Positions 43,615 through 56,253 are shown, counted from the first letter of the stretch. The stretch: DNA of 64,000 nt from an uncultured beta proteobacterium (GCA_963695915.1 CAVOIO010000030.1:5814-69813), one strand, 5' to 3'. Made by a program: numbers and translations. The notes: generated by a model not told the origin, from the letters alone.

Positions 43615-45751
43615 TCACGCGGCGAGCTTGGAGATGTCGGCGATGCGATTCATTTCGTCGCGGAGATCCCGCAGCAACGCGAGCCGGTTCTGGCGTAACT
43701 CTTTCTCGTCAACCATGACCATTACCGATTCAAAAAAAGCGTCCACCGGCGACTTCAGCACGGCGAAGGCTTTCAGGTAACCGGTGTAGTCGCCGTTTTG
43801 CAGCAGAGGGATCGCGTTTCTGGTTGCGATCGCAAGCGCGTCGAACAACTCGCGCTCGGCCGTCTCGGTCAATGCATCGGCCTGGGCGCCTCTAAAGGAC
43901 TCTCCTTTGGCCTCCGCTTGTTTGAGGATATTGACGACGCGCTTGTTCGCCGCAGCAAGGCTCTCCGCTTCCGGAAGGCTGGCGAATGCGCGCACCGCCG
44001 CTAACCAGAGCGGGGTTTGATCGATTCGAGCCGGATACTTGCTGAGGACTGCATCGACTTCGTTCGCGGAATACCCCGATTCGCGCAGATAACTACGCAA
44101 TCGCTCCCAGATGAATAACTGCAAATCCGACTGCGTGCCGGCGAGCATTCCATTCGGAAATACCGAGTAAGCCGCATCTACAAGGTCATGAAGCGATACT
44201 GGTAGCCCGCGTTCAACGAGAATTCGGATTATTCCCAAGGCGTGTCGCCGCAACGCAAACGGATCTTTGTCCCCGGTCGGCTGTTGGCCGATGCCGAACA
44301 TGCCAGCAAGCATCTCCAGCTTGTCGGCCAGCGCGAGTGCCGTTGCAATCTCGCCACCCGGCAATGCGCCGCCTGCAAATCGCGGCTGATAATGCTGCTC
44401 GATTGCGTCAGCCACGCGCACATCCTCGCCATCGGCGAGCGCGTAATACCGGCCCATGATGCCTTGAAGCTCGGGGAATTCGCCGACCATGCTGGTGACC
44501 AGATCGGCCTTGGCGAGCAGCGCGGCGCGGTCGGCAAGCAGCGGATCGGCGCCGACCATCGCTGCAATCGCCCTGGCCAACGCACGAACGCGCTCGACGC
44601 GATCGAGCTGGCTGCCGAGCTTGTTGTGGTAGACGATGGAGGCGAGTTGGGGCACGCGGTCGGCGAGCTTGGTCTTCTTGTCGGTCTCGAAGAAGAAGCG
44701 CGCGTCGGCCAATCGCGGGCGTATTACGCGCTGATTGCCCGCCACGATGTTCTTCGGGTCGGCAAGGCGCATGTTCGAAACGATCAGGAACTTGTTGGTG
44801 AGCTTGCCGGCCGCGTCGAACAGCGGGAAATATTTCTGGTTCTGGCGCATGGTCAGGATCAGACATTCCTGCGGCACGCCCAGATAGTCCGGACTCGAAT
44901 TCCCCGACGTACACCGTGGGCAACTCGACCAGTCCCGCGACTTCGTCGAGCAACGGCGCGACGTTCTCGTCGGGACCCAGCGAAGCCTTGAGCGCAGCGG
45001 CGTTCACCGCGAGCTGGCGGCCGATCTCGGCCCTGCGCTTGTCGAAATCGGCGATGACGCGGCCTTCCTGCGCGAGCCGGGATTCATACTCGTCGGCGCG
45101 GACCAGGGCGATGTTCTTCGCCCCCTGGAAGCGATGGCCATGAGTGATGCGGCCGGCCGCCAGGCCGAGCGCGGAAACGTTGAGCACCTTGTCGCCATGC
45201 AGCGCGACCAACGCGTGGACGGGGCGAACGAATCTGACGGTCGTAGCGCCGTCGGCGAGCTGGTAGCTCATCACTCTTGGAATGGGCAGCTTGCCGATGG
45301 CCCGCTCGATCGCATCGGATAGCATTCGTTCGAGTGTTTGACCCGGCGCGATGCTTCGCAGGAATACGGCTTCGGCCTTGCCATCCGGTTTGATTAGCAG
45401 AAACTCGCCACCAACTTTGGAATTGGCCGGAACATCGGCCAGCCGTTCACGGCCCATGCTTGCCAGCTTCCTGCGCAATGCGTCGCTCCAGCCGCCGTCC
45501 GGTTTGCGCGCCACGGCCAACGGCATGAGTTTTTGCTCGACCGGACGGTCTCTGGCCTTGGCCAGCACCGCCCCGATGTAAACCGCCAAACGCCGTGGCG
45601 TGGCGAATGGCTTGAAGCTGGACGTCGCATCCAGAACCCCGCCGCCTTTGAGTCCATCGAATACCGCACCGGCAAAGGCATCGCCCAGCCGCCTGAGAGC
45701 TTTCGGCGGCAATTCCTCGGTGACGAGTTCGACCAGCAGGTTCGAACTCAT
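43615..45751 (-). pseudogene. glyS: glycine-tRNA ligase beta subunit, one frameshift near 44895
   Basis: [19 protein letters not shown]... is followed in another frame by ...[21 protein letters not shown]...ISKLAA. The ATG overlaps the glyQ stop. Confidence 0.9.
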
Positions 45752-46689
45752 GCGGTTTCTCTTTGCAGCAGAGCAGCCTTCATGGCCTGGAGGTCCAACC
45801 CGAGTTGCTGCAAATGGCCCGGTTTGCACATCGGGAAATCCTTGCGCAGCCGGGAATCGAAGTAAGCCTGCGACACGCTGCGCGCAAGGTTGCGGATACG
45901 GCCGATGTAGGCCGCGCGCTCGGTGACCGAGATCGCGCCACGCGCATCCAGGAGGTTGAAGGTATGCGCGGTCTTCAACACCATTTCGTAGGCGGGCAGG
46001 GCGAGCTGTGCGCTCATCAGCCGCTTCGCTTCGGATTCGTAATCGGCGAAATGAGCGAACAGCATTTCCGGGTTGGATTGTTCGAAGTTGTAACGGGACT
46101 GTTCGATTTCGTTCTGGTGATAGACGTCGCCGTAGGTGAGGCCGGGAGTCCACACCAGGTCGAAGACGTTTTCCACGCCTTGCAGGTACATGGCGAGTCG
46201 CTCGATGCCGTAGGTGATCTCGCCTGTAATCGGCTTGCAGTCGAGCCCGCCGACCTGCTGGAAGTACGTGAACTGGGTGACTTCCATTCCGTTCAGCCAG
46301 ACTTCCCAACCCAGGCCCCAGGCTCCGAGCGTGGCGTTTTCCCAGTCGTCTTCGACCAGGCGTATGTCGTGCGCCTTCGGATCGATGCCGAGCGTTTCCA
46401 GCGAACCGAGATAGAGATCGATGATGTCGGCCGGCGACGGCTTCAGCACTAACTGAAACTGGTAATAGTGCTGCAACCGGTTCGGATTCTCGCCGTAGCG
46501 GCCGTCCTTGGGCCGGCGCGAGGGCTGTACGTAGGCTGCACGCCACGGCTCGGGACCGATTGCGCGCAGAAACGTCGCCGTGTGCGAAGTGCCCGCACCG
46601 ACTTCCATGTCATAGGGTTGCAGGATCGCGCAGCCGCGATCGGCCCAATAGCGGGTCAGCGTCAGAATTACTTCCTGGAACGTCAACAT
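45748..46689 (-). CDS. glyQ: glycine-tRNA ligase alpha subunit
   Basis: [42 protein letters not shown]... Confidence 0.93.
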   Translation of the reverse strand: MLTFQEVILTLTRYWADRGCAILQPYDMEVGAGTSHTATFLRAIGPEPWRAAYVQPSRRPKDGRYGENPNRLQHYYQFQLVLKPSPADIIDLYLGSLETLGIDPKAHDIRLVEDDWENATLGAWGLGWEVWLNGMEVTQFTYFQQVGGLDCKPITGEITYGIERLAMYLQGVENVFDLVWTPGLTYGDVYHQNEIEQSRYNFEQSNPEMLFAHFADYESEAKRLMSAQLALPAYEMVLKTAHTFNLLDARGAISVTERAAYIGRIRNLARSVSQAYFDSRLRKDFPMCKPGHLQQLGLDLQAMKAALLQRETA

Positions 46690-46860
46690 CGATAAATTCT
46701 TCAGAAAATCAGAGGTTAAGCGGTCGCGCGAAATGCACAAATTGTACTCAATTACGGGTGCATACAGGGGCAATACGCGAAAAGTGACTGAAGCGCGGAC
46801 AGGGACACCAGCACGGCAGGTCATTCAGAAAAGCCGGAATGCGCCGCCAATCCCCCTGTT

Positions 46861-46951
46861 TCAAAGGTCCTTTGGTCTTTTCCCGGCGATCCCTTCGCGC
46901 ACCCCTCAAGGGGGTGTTGAAAGGAAGTATTGGAACGAATCTTTGCGGTGA
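46861..46951. repeat. half IR element (right terminus with the CCCCTCAAGGGGG module)
   Basis: ...CCTTCGCGCACCCCTCAAGGGGGTGTTGAAAGGAAGTATTGGAACGAATCTTTGCGGTGA. No left partner was found. Confidence 0.65.
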
Positions 46952-46957
46952 AAGAGG

Positions 46958-47986
46958 CTATTTCTTTTCTTTTGCGGCTTTGAGTTCCTCGATCTGTCCC
47001 TCGAGGAGGTCGATGCGCTGTTGCATCTGCATGAGCGTGCCGTTGACGCGGCCGACATTGAAATAGGCAACGTTCTCCGCCGGCGCGTCGAAGGTGTTAC
47101 CGTAGCCCAGCCACGAAGAGTCATACACCTTGACGTTGCGGAATCCCAGGCTTTGCAGCACGGTCGCCGTTTCCGCCGCGCGCACGCCGCTCTGGCAATA
47201 AACGATGGTCTCCTTTTCCGGGTCGAGCCGGGCGTAAAGCGCACGCAGGTCTATCGCATGTTTCAGGCTCATCCCATCCTTGCCCGCAACCTGCCGGCGC
47301 TGCAGCTTGCGTGGCGTGTCCGGGTCCACCCAGTTGGTCTCGTAGGGTATGTTAACCGCACCCGGAATGCGGCCGCCGCGCAGCGCCCGGATGTCCTCGC
47401 CGTTGAATTCCTTTTCGGTGCGTGCATCGACGATCTGTACTCCGGGAGCCCCCAGCTTGGCGACGACCTCCCGGGTCGACACGATAACCCCGGGATTCAC
47501 TTGCGCCCTGAAGCTGACCGGCGGCAGTTTCACCGGATCGGTAGCGATCGGCTTGCCCGCGGACTTCCAGTCGTCGATTCCGCCGTGGTACACACGGGCA
47601 CCGCCGCCGCCGAGATAACGCACCGTGACGTAACCGAAGTAGGGCGATGTGTGCGCCTTGGCGCCGTAGAGCACAATTTCACGAGTCGGATCGATTCCGG
47701 CTTCGCCGAGGATCTGTTCGATCTTTGCCACCGGGATGTAGTCCTCGGTGTTGGCCTCGCGCAGCACCAGCGCAATTTCGTCGATGTTGGCGGCGCCAGG
47801 GATGTGCCCGCGCCGGTATTCCTCCTGACTGCGCACGTCCCAGATCAGTGCACCGCGCGTCGCAGCCTGCTCCACGAAACCGGTGTCGACGATGACCGGC
47901 TCGTCGGCCGCGTATACACCCAGCGAAGCAGCGACCAGGGCCGCCGCCGCGATCAGGCGTGCCACAAAGGAATAATGCGTGTGCAT
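46958..47986 (-). CDS. periplasmic tandem-rhodanese sulfurtransferase with C-terminal coiled coil
   Basis: It has a signal peptide, two rhodanese domains, and the active-site loop CQSGVRA. The tail is LMQMQQRIDLLEGQIEELKAAKEKK. Confidence 0.8.
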   Translation of the reverse strand: MHTHYSFVARLIAAAALVAASLGVYAADEPVIVDTGFVEQAATRGALIWDVRSQEEYRRGHIPGAANIDEIALVLREANTEDYIPVAKIEQILGEAGIDPTREIVLYGAKAHTSPYFGYVTVRYLGGGGARVYHGGIDDWKSAGKPIATDPVKLPPVSFRAQVNPGVIVSTREVVAKLGAPGVQIVDARTEKEFNGEDIRALRGGRIPGAVNIPYETNWVDPDTPRKLQRRQVAGKDGMSLKHAIDLRALYARLDPEKETIVYCQSGVRAAETATVLQSLGFRNVKVYDSSWLGYGNTFDAPAENVAYFNVGRVNGTLMQMQQRIDLLEGQIEELKAAKEKK

Positions 47987-48055
47987 GATTGGCTCCGGAT
48001 TCCAAGGTGATTGTTGATATTAGACCCCGCGATGCCGCGCCGCGAATGACATGGA

Positions 48056-49637
48056 TCAATCTCCGTGCTGCGAGAAACGCCGTGCCGCCAGTGGCAACGC
48101 GATCATCAGGGCGGCAAGTGCCAGGAACGCCCAATTGCCCAGGCGCACGTACGGCGTTGCGCCCTGATAGCCTTGAATCTCGCCGGTCAACGTCATGGTC
48201 GTGAATTCCGGAGCGGACGCCGCGATGCGGCCTTTCGGATTTATTATTGCGGTGACCCCGGTATTGGTGGCGCGCAACATGGGCCGGCCGGTTTCGATGG
48301 CGCGCATTTGGGAGATTTGCAGATGCTGCTCCGCGGCGACCGATTTTCCCCACCAAGCGTCGTTGGTGAAATTGGCCAGTACGGTTGCCTCCGGCAATTG
48401 GCGGATGATCTCCTCGCCAAACACATCTTCGTAGCAAATGTTGACCGCGATCTTCTGTCCGGCGGCTTGAATGGGCCGCTGCACCGGCTCGCCCCGGGAA
48501 AAATCCGACATCGGAATGTGAAGCAGATTCATGATCCAGCCTAGCACGCTCTGAAGCGGAAAATAGTCGCCGAAGGGCACGAGGTGATGCTTGCGATAAA
48601 CCTGCGTCGGTGCCGATCCGAAACTCATCACGCTGTTGTAATAGCGTCCCGAGACGTCGAGCTCGGGGACGCCCACCAGCAGATCGCCGCCGTTGCGCCG
48701 GCCCTGGTCCGCGAGCATCTCCAGATACTCCCCGGGAACGTTCACGTTGAACATCGGCAGCGCCGTCTCGGGCAGCAGGATCAATTTCGCACCGGCCGAC
48801 TGTGCCATCCTCACGTAATTCTCAAGCGTGGCGCGCGCGCGCTGCGGCCGCCACTTCATCTCTTGCGGGATATTCCCTTGCAGAAGGGCAATACTGGTCG
48901 GCTCTCCGGGCAATGGATGTGTCCATTCCCTGCCGCTCGATGCGGTACCGGCGATCAGCAGGGCGAACCATGGTCCATGAGCCAGGTTCGCGAAGCAGCA
49001 GCACGATGCGCCGTTGCGGGGCTTGCGAGCGCCATTCGGCAAAGCGCGCGATGACCGATGCCAGCGCCGCCGCGACGACAGCCGCACCCAGTGAAACGCC
49101 GAACACCCCGAGCAGGGGCGCAAAGCCGGCGAAGGGGCTGCCAGGTGCCTGCGAGTAGCCGAGCGCCAGCCACGGGAAGCCGGTGAACACCCAGCCGCGC
49201 ACCCACTCCGACAACGCCCACAACGCCGGAAAAAAGAGCAGCAGGCGTACCGTTCGGGAAGCCGGCAGACGCTTTAGAATCACCCCGATCAACGCTGGAT
49301 AACAGGCCAGATAGGCGCAGAAAAAAAAGGTGAATATTGCGGCGGTGAGCATTCCCATTCCGCCGAAATCGTGCAGGCTGACGTAAACCCAGCTCACGCC
49401 GGCGAGAAACATGCCGAGGCCGAAGCATAGTCCGATGGCCGCCGTAGACCAAGCATTGCGGCTGCGTTCCCAGAGTAGCAACAGTCCGGTCAGCGCCAGG
49501 ATCGGCAGCGGGTAAAGATAAAACGGCGCGAATCCCGCTACGGAAGCCGCCCCCAGGAGGAAGGGAAACAGAAAGAATCGAACCAATGCAACGGCAGCGG
49601 TGCCTGACACGTGGCCGGCGAACAACTCAGGCCGCAC
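48056..49637 (-). pseudogene. lnt: apolipoprotein N-acyltransferase, one frameshift near 49000
   Basis: The membrane N-domain (...GFPWLALGYSQ...) is in one frame. The CN-hydrolase domain (LILLPETALP...NICYEDVFGEE...TNDAWWG) is in another. Confidence 0.88.
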
Positions 49638-50463
49638 TCTCCGTCCTGACCTTTTCTACCAGAATCGAATGCAGCCTCCGGCTGTCGGCGCGCACCACCT
49701 TGAAGTTCAGGTCGCCGATGCGGAACTGCTCGCCGCGCTTTGGCAGCCGGCCCAGGTGAGCCAGCACCAAGCCGCCAACGGTGTCGAAATCCTCGTCGTT
49801 GAACTCGGTGCCGAATGTCCTGTTGAAATCGTCGATTTCGGTCTGCGCCTTTACGCGGAACTGACCGTTGCGGTCCAGGACGATGTTGGCTTCAGTCTCG
49901 TCGAAATCGAACTCGTCCTCGATTTCACCGACGATCTGTTCCAGCACGTCTTCAATAGTGACCAGACCGGCTACGCCGCCGTACTCGTCCACCACGATCG
50001 CAATGTGGTTGCGATTGCTGCGAAAATCCTTGAGCAGAACGTTCAGTCGCTTCGACTCGGGGATGAATACGGCAGGTCGCAGCATCTCGCGCACGTTGAA
50101 TTCCTCGCCCGCGTAGTAGCGCAGCAGATCCTTGGCCAGGAGGATGCCGATTACGTCGTCTTTGTTGTCGCCGATCACCGGGAAACGCGAGTGACTGGTC
50201 TCGATCACCCAGGGGATGAATTTCTCGGGCGCGTCGCCTATGTCGATCACGTCCATCTGCGAACGCGGGATCATGATGTCGCGCGCCTGCATTTCGGAAA
50301 CTTGAAGAACGCCTTCGATCATGGCAAGTGCGTCGGCATCCAGGAGGTTTCGCTCGTAGGAACGCTGCAGCAACTCGATCAGTTGCTCGCGGTCTTCCGG
50401 CTCGCGCATCAGCAGCGCGCCCAGCCGTTCCAGCAATGAGGGTTTGTCCTTGTCGTCGTCCAT
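49627..50463 (-). CDS. corC: CBS-domain magnesium/cobalt efflux protein CorC
   Basis: 278 aa with a CBS pair and a CorC_HlyC C-terminal domain. Confidence 0.9.
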   Translation of the reverse strand: MDDDKDKPSLLERLGALLMREPEDREQLIELLQRSYERNLLDADALAMIEGVLQVSEMQARDIMIPRSQMDVIDIGDAPEKFIPWVIETSHSRFPVIGDNKDDVIGILLAKDLLRYYAGEEFNVREMLRPAVFIPESKRLNVLLKDFRSNRNHIAIVVDEYGGVAGLVTIEDVLEQIVGEIEDEFDFDETEANIVLDRNGQFRVKAQTEIDDFNRTFGTEFNDEDFDTVGGLVLAHLGRLPKRGEQFRIGDLNFKVVRADSRRLHSILVEKVRTESAA

Positions 50464-50532
50464 GACTTGGTGAATAGAGAACGGTCACCGGGAAACGGGC
50501 AATACCGCCCCAGCGACCGGCGTAACTATTCC

Positions 50533-51021
50533 CTAGTTTCCATTTTGCTTTTTCCTGTAAGGATCAGCATACCCCAGGGCGGTGACAATTTGCGTTTCCA
50601 GTATTTCCATAACCCGCGCGTCCTCGGCCTTCTCGTGATCGTAACCCTGAAGGTGCAGCATGCCGTGCACCACCAGGTGCGCATAGTGTGCTTCCGCACG
50701 CTTGTGCTGTTCGCGGGCTTCGCGCTCGACCAGCGGAACGCACAGTGCAATGTCTCCCGACAGCGGATCGGTATCAGTATAGGCAAAGGTGAGTACGTTG
50801 GTGGCGTGATCCCTGCCGCGATACTGCCGGTTGAGCGTACGGCCTTCTTCGGCATCCACCAGGCGCAACGTGACTTCGGCATCGCGCCGCAACGCGGCCT
50901 TCACCCAGGCGCGCAACTTCCTGCGTGCCGGCAATTGATCGTTCTCCGCTGCGTATTGAACCGTCAACTCGAGTCTGTGACGTGGTTTGGAGGGGGCAAC
51001 CGGACCGCCGGCGCGAGACAT
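50533..51021 (-). CDS. ybeY: rRNA maturation endoribonuclease YbeY
   Basis: ...TNVLTFAY... and the HLVVHGMLHLQGYDH zinc motif. Confidence 0.9.
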   Translation of the reverse strand: MSRAGGPVAPSKPRHRLELTVQYAAENDQLPARRKLRAWVKAALRRDAEVTLRLVDAEEGRTLNRQYRGRDHATNVLTFAYTDTDPLSGDIALCVPLVEREAREQHKRAEAHYAHLVVHGMLHLQGYDHEKAEDARVMEILETQIVTALGYADPYRKKQNGN

Positions 51022-51028
51022 CGCGGGG

Positions 51029-51982
51029 TCAGCCTTCCCTGCGTGAGCCGTGCTGTTCATAGGCGTGGACAATGCGCTGCACCAGCGGGTGGCGTACCAC
51101 GTCATCACTGAGGAACTGGGTGAAGGCGATGCCGCGCACTTCTGCGAGTATCAGTTGCGCCTCGACCAGTCCGCTTTTGTGTCCCTTGGGCAAGTCAATC
51201 TGGGTGACGTCGCCGGTGACCACCGCCCTGCTGCCAAAGCCCATGCGGGTAAGGAACATCTTCATCTGCTCGGGTGTGGTGTTCTGCGCCTCGTCGAGAA
51301 TGATGAAAGAGTGATTCAGCGTACGACCGCGCATGTAGGCCAGCGGCGCGATCTCGATCGAGCCGCGTTCGAACAGTTTGCCGACTTTCTCGAAGCCCAT
51401 CAGGTCGTAGAGCGCGTCGTAGAGAGGCCGCAGATAAGGATCGACTTTCTGCGCCATGTCTCCGGGCAGGAAACCGAGACGCTCGCCGGCTTCGACCGCG
51501 GGGCGCACCAGCACGATCCGTTTCACCAGATCGCGCTCGAATGCGTCCACCGCGCAGGCGACCGCAAGATAGGTCTTGCCTGTGCCGGCCGGGCCGATGC
51601 CGACGGTGATGTCGTACTCCTTGATCTGCCGGATGTACTGCACCTGGCGCGGCGTGCGTCCGTGCAAATCCCGACGCCGTGTGTGCAGCACCAGGGCCTC
51701 GTCTGCCGCCGAGGGATTGGGCACGCCCGCGACTTCGATGAGGCCGAGCTGGATTTCTTCGACGCTCAGATTACGGTTTGCCTGCTCATAAAAATGCTGA
51801 AGGGCCCCGGCGGCCAGCCGCGTCTGCTCGGGGCCGCCGGAGACGCTGAATTTCTCTCCGCGGCGCGCAATGGACACCTCGAGCGCGGTTTCGATCTGCT
51901 TGAGGTTCTCGTCGAGTGCACCGCACAGGTTGGCGAGGCGCTCGTTGTCGACAGGGGAAAAAGAAAGTTCGAAGGGCTTCAA
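51029..51982 (-). CDS. phoH: PhoH-like ATPase (YbeZ)
   Basis: TTG start overlapping the miaB stop (TTGA). It has Walker [14 protein letters not shown] and ...[10 protein letters not shown]... Confidence 0.88.
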   Translation of the reverse strand: MKPFELSFSPVDNERLANLCGALDENLKQIETALEVSIARRGEKFSVSGGPEQTRLAAGALQHFYEQANRNLSVEEIQLGLIEVAGVPNPSAADEALVLHTRRRDLHGRTPRQVQYIRQIKEYDITVGIGPAGTGKTYLAVACAVDAFERDLVKRIVLVRPAVEAGERLGFLPGDMAQKVDPYLRPLYDALYDLMGFEKVGKLFERGSIEIAPLAYMRGRTLNHSFIILDEAQNTTPEQMKMFLTRMGFGSRAVVTGDVTQIDLPKGHKSGLVEAQLILAEVRGIAFTQFLSDDVVRHPLVQRIVHAYEQHGSRREG

Positions 51983-53314
51983 ACAGCTTCTTTTGCCAAC
52001 ATTTCGCCGCGCAGCGAATGCGACATCGCCGTCGTGATGCGTACGTCGGTCATCCGCCCGATGAGGCGCTGCGGGCCGCGAAAATTGACCATGAGATTGC
52101 TGCTGGTGCGCCCCGCCAGTTCTTCCGGGTTCCTCTTCGCAGGTCCCTCGACCAGGATGCACTGGATCGTACCGACCATACGGCTGCTGATCGCCAGCGC
52201 CTGCGCGTCGAGTCGTGCCTGCAGGCGTGCGAGGCGTGCCTGCTTGATAGCCTGCGGCACCTGGTCGGGCAGACTCGCCGCCGGTGTGCCAGGGCGCGGG
52301 CTGTACACGAAGCTGAAGCTCGAATCGAAACCGATATCCTCGACCAGCTGCAGGGTCTGCTCGAAGTCTTCGTCGGTCTCGCCCGGAAAGCCGACGATGA
52401 AATCGGATGAAATGGCTGCGTCCGGCCGTGCCACTCGCAGTCGGCGGATAATGGATATGTATTCCTGCGCGGTGTATCCGCGCTTCATCGCGGAAAGCAC
52501 CCGGTCCGATCCGGACTGCACCGGCAGGTGCACGTGGCTTACCAGTTGCGGGATCCTGGCGTGCGCCGCGATCAGGCGCTCGCTGAAGTCCTTCGGATGC
52601 GAGGTGGTATAACGCAGGCGCTCGATGCCCGGCACTTCGGCGAGATACTCCAGCAACAGGGCAAGGTCGGCAACTTCGGCGTCGCTCATGCTGCCGCGAT
52701 AGGCATTGACGTTCTGCCCGAGCAGCGTGATCTCCTTCACGCCCTGCTCCGCCAGCCCGGCAACTTCGGTAAGCACATCGTCGAACGGACGCGAGACTTC
52801 TTCGCCGCGCGTGTAGGGCACCACGCAGAAACTGCAATACTTGCTGCAGCCCTCCATGATCGAGACGAAGGCAGTGCAGCCCTCGACCGCGGCCGGCGGC
52901 AGGTTGTCGAATTTTTCGATCTCGGGAAAGGAGATGTCCACCTGCGGCTTGCCGCTGCTGCGCCGCGCCCGAAGCATCTGCGGCAACCGGTGCAGGGTCT
53001 GCGGGCCGAAGACCAGATCGACGTAGGGTGCGCGTGCAATGATCGCCGCGCCCTCCTGGCTGGCGACGCAACCGCCGACACCGATGATGAGTCTCGGGAC
53101 GGGCCTGCTTCAGAGGCCGGATGCGCCCGAGGTCGTGGAACACTTTTTCCTGGGCCTTCTCGCGCACCGAGCAGGTGTTGAACAGGATGACGTCGGCCTG
53201 TTCGGGATCATCGGTGGTTTCGAAACCCTCCGCGGCGGCGAGAACGTCGGTCATCCTGTCCGAGTCGTACTCGTTCATCTGGCAGCCAAAGGTTCGGATA
53301 TAGAGTTTCTTCAT
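51979..53314 (-). pseudogene. miaB: tRNA (i6A37) methylthiotransferase, one frameshift near 53092
   Basis: [18 protein letters not shown]... is followed in another frame by [14 protein letters not shown]...[20 protein letters not shown] (radical SAM)... and a TRAM domain. Confidence 0.9.
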
Positions 53315-53321
53315 TGCTGGT

Positions 53322-53742
53322 TTAGCTGCTGCTTTTCGCTGCTTTCTTCTTCTTCTCTTCTTCCTCTTCCCGTTTCTTCCTTTGCTCCTCCTCCAGTTTC
53401 TGTTTTTCCGCCGCGTCCAGCTTCGACAATTTGTATTTCTTAGCTTCCTCCCCTGTCAGCAACCACATCGCCGACAACTGGCCGTTGATGTCGACCACAT
53501 ACATGATCTGCCGCGGTCTGCTGCTGCAGCGACACTGGCATGATGATCAGATTCTGCTGGTTGAAAATGCGGCCGGCTGCCGACATCCGGTAGGACCTGC
53601 TGCCGATCTTGTAGTTCGGGTACTGGTGTGCCTTGAGTTCGCCCCGATAGGCATGTGGCGGGAAGAAGCGATCGAGCGCCGCAGCTGGCGTCGCGATCAG
53701 GGACGACAGGACCATCACACAGACGGCGAAGACGTTGCGCAT
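53322..53742 (-). pseudogene. hypothetical secreted protein with a Lys/Glu-rich tail, one frameshift near 53505
   Basis: MRNVFAVCVMVLSSLIATPAAA (signal)...IIMPVSLQQQ is followed by [25 protein letters not shown]...[15 protein letters not shown]. Confidence 0.45.
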
Positions 53743-54030
53743 GCTTGATCGCGGCGAAGGGCGTACGGCAAACGCACCGGGACACGAATCATGAACCCTG
53801 GCCCAGGCGTTCGCGATGCTCCGCCCGAAGTCGAACCCGAGTCCTCGATTGCGTTTAACCATAAGGAAATCAGGAAGTTAAAATTTTACCGCGTTTGCGG
53901 GACTTGTGGGAATGCTGGACGTCCCACGCAGCGGCTGGGTACCCGGGCGAACGCGCAGTCCCGGCGCCAAAGGACCAAAGGGCCACGGGCTTACATTGCT
54001 GCAGGCCCTCCGTCCCGTGTTGCATTGTCC

Positions 54031-54107
54031 TGGTGGTGATAGGTGGACTTGAACCACCGACCCCAGCATTATGAGTGCTGTGCTCTAACCAACTGAGCTA
54101 TATCACC
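54031..54107 (-). tRNA. tRNA-Met (anticodon CAU), elongator type; tRNA-Ile2 (lysidine) cannot be excluded
   Basis: A hand-folded cloverleaf fits GGTGATA/TATCACC, GCTC/GAGC, CAGCA-CTCATAA-TGCTG, and GGTGG-TTCAAGT-CCACC, with an encoded CCA end. Confidence 0.9.
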
Positions 54108-54232
54108 GGAAAATTTTCCTTCAATTTGCCGCGACCGCGCAAAGGGAGCGAAAGGTTACTGACGGCCCCCTGCATTGTCAAGGCAGGAACTGCTCTGGCC
54201 GCGCACGGGTGTCGCCGTAGTAGACTGGCAGA

Positions 54233-55412
54233 ATGAAGGTCGACATCGCCATTGTAGGCGGAGGTCTGGTCGGAGGCAGCATCGCGAGCGCGCTCGCCGC
54301 AAAGCGGGCTGAGCCTCGCATTGGTCGAACCCAGATCGGCTCGTCCCTTGCCCGTCGCGGGTTTCGACTTGCGCGTCTATGCGCTCAATCCGCGCAGCGT
54401 GCGCTGTCTGGATGACTGGGGCGTATGGTCGCGGCTCGCGCAGGACCGAGTTGCGCCGGTGCAGGAAATGCTCGTATTCGGCGATTACGGCAATTCGAAG
54501 CTCGAATTCAGCGCCTATCGCAACGGTGTCTTCGAGCTTGCGGCGATCGTGGAAGAATCCAATCTTCAGCAAGCGCTGACCGGATCTCTCGAATGGGCAG
54601 GCGAATCTTGCGCTTCTGCGCGGCGTCGAATGCCTGCGTGCGCACTGGACGGAGTCCGCGGCCGTGCTTGCGCTTTCCAATGGCGAGGAGCTGGAGGCGC
54701 GGCTGGTGATCGCGACCGACGGTGCCGATTCGGGATTGCGTTCGCAGGCCAGGAATCGAAGTCGAGGTTCACGAGTACGGCCAGAAGGGCGTGGTCGCCA
54801 ATTTTCATGTCGAGAAGACCGCATCGCAACGCGGCGTACCAGTGGTTCCGCAAGGATGGTGTGCTCGCGCTGCTACCCCTGCCGCAGGGCCAGGTGTCCA
54901 TGGTGTGGTCCACCGCGGACGCGCACGCGCACGATCTGCTGGCAATGAGCGGCGGCGAGCTTGCGCGCGCGGTCGAGCACGCGGCGTCACACAAGCTTGG
55001 CGAAATGCGGATCAACGGGGGCCGCCGCCGCATTTGCGTTGCGGCGCCTGCGCGCCAGACGCGTCTGATCTCGCCGCGCCTTGCCCTACTGGGGGATGCC
55101 GCCCACAATGTGCACCCGCTTGCCGGGCAGGGATTGAACCTCGGAATCGCCGACGTAGAATCGCTTGCCAGCATTATCGGCGGCCGCGGCCTGGAGAACG
55201 ACTGCGGGGCAAAAGCGCTGTTGCGGCGTTACGAACGCAGCCGCAAGGAAGACATTGTGGCGATGGAGTGCGTCACCGATGGACTGCACACGCTTTTTGG
55301 CAGTTCCTTGCCGGGCCTGCCGTGGCTGCGTAACGCAGGACTGAGTCTTACCAATCAATTTCCGCCGCTCAAGAACTTGTTGGTGAAACGAGCACTCGGA
55401 AAAGCGGTCTAA
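54233..55412 (+). pseudogene. UbiH/UbiF/VisC/COQ6-family FAD-dependent ubiquinone hydroxylase, about 6 frameshifts
   Basis: MKVDIAIVGGGLVGGSIA, FDLRVYALNPRSV, LVIATDGADSGLR, and ALLGDAAHNVHPLAGQGLNLG. Breaks lie near 54300, 54605, 54748, 54812, 55020 and 55065. Confidence 0.85.
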
Positions 55413-55419
55413 TTTCAGC

Positions 55420-56199
55420 ATGAACGACCATTCCCGACTCTTTCCAATCGACCTGACCATGATCATTCGCGCCCTGATTGTTCTTTCATCCATTTTCCTG
55501 CTGTTCTCCGGCGTCGCCTGCGCGGATGAGGCCGCCATTCGCTCCGAGGTCGCCAAGAAGTTTCCCAAGGCCAACGTCGAAAGCGTGACCAAGACACCCC
55601 ATCTTGGCTTGTATGAATTGGTTGTCGACGGCCAGGTCATCTACGCCGATGAAGACTTCAATTACCTGATCGATGGCAGCATCATCGACACCAAAAGCAT
55701 GACCAACGTAACGGCGGCCAGGCAGAGGGATCTGGAGGAGTTGAAGATCAGGAAACTGGCTTTCCCTTTCCAGCAACTCCCCTTCGAAATGGCGATAAAG
55801 AAGGTCAAGGGTAACGGCAGCCGCAAGATCGCCGTCTTTTCCGATCCCGATTGCCCGTTCTGCAAGAGGCTGGAGCAGAGTTTTACCAAGGTCGACAACG
55901 TTACGATTTATATCTTCCTGTACCCGCTAAAAGAACTGCATCCGAAAGCCACTGACGTTGCGCGCGCAATCTGGTGTTCGCCGGATCGCGTAAAGGCCTG
56001 GGATGACTACATGCTCAAGGGAGTGGCACCCAAGGCCGCGGGCACCTGCGACAACCCGGTGGACAGGATCGTGGAATTCGGCCAGTCCAAACAGATTTCC
56101 GGCACGCCCACGATATTCTTTGCCGATGGCAAGCGTGTTCCCGGGGCGATTCCGGTCGACCAGATCGAGGATATCCTCGCGAAGGCGCAAACCAGGTAA
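55420..56199 (+). CDS. dsbC: thiol:disulfide interchange protein DsbC/DsbG family
   Basis: It has a signal peptide, a dimerisation domain, and a thioredoxin fold with the motif CPFC. Confidence 0.85.
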   Translation: MNDHSRLFPIDLTMIIRALIVLSSIFLLFSGVACADEAAIRSEVAKKFPKANVESVTKTPHLGLYELVVDGQVIYADEDFNYLIDGSIIDTKSMTNVTAARQRDLEELKIRKLAFPFQQLPFEMAIKKVKGNGSRKIAVFSDPDCPFCKRLEQSFTKVDNVTIYIFLYPLKELHPKATDVARAIWCSPDRVKAWDDYMLKGVAPKAAGTCDNPVDRIVEFGQSKQISGTPTIFFADGKRVPGAIPVDQIEDILAKAQTR

Positions 56200-56253
56200 G
56201 TTTTCCCCGGCATCGCGGCTGACGTTCTAGAATCGGGGGCGTCGTCATTTCCA

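Noticed and set aside
53863-54030. Small hairpin (GTGGGA...TCCCAC) next to the tRNA as an ncRNA or an integration-site remnant
   Set aside because: It is short and isolated. There is no direct repeat of the tRNA 3' end and no integrase nearby.
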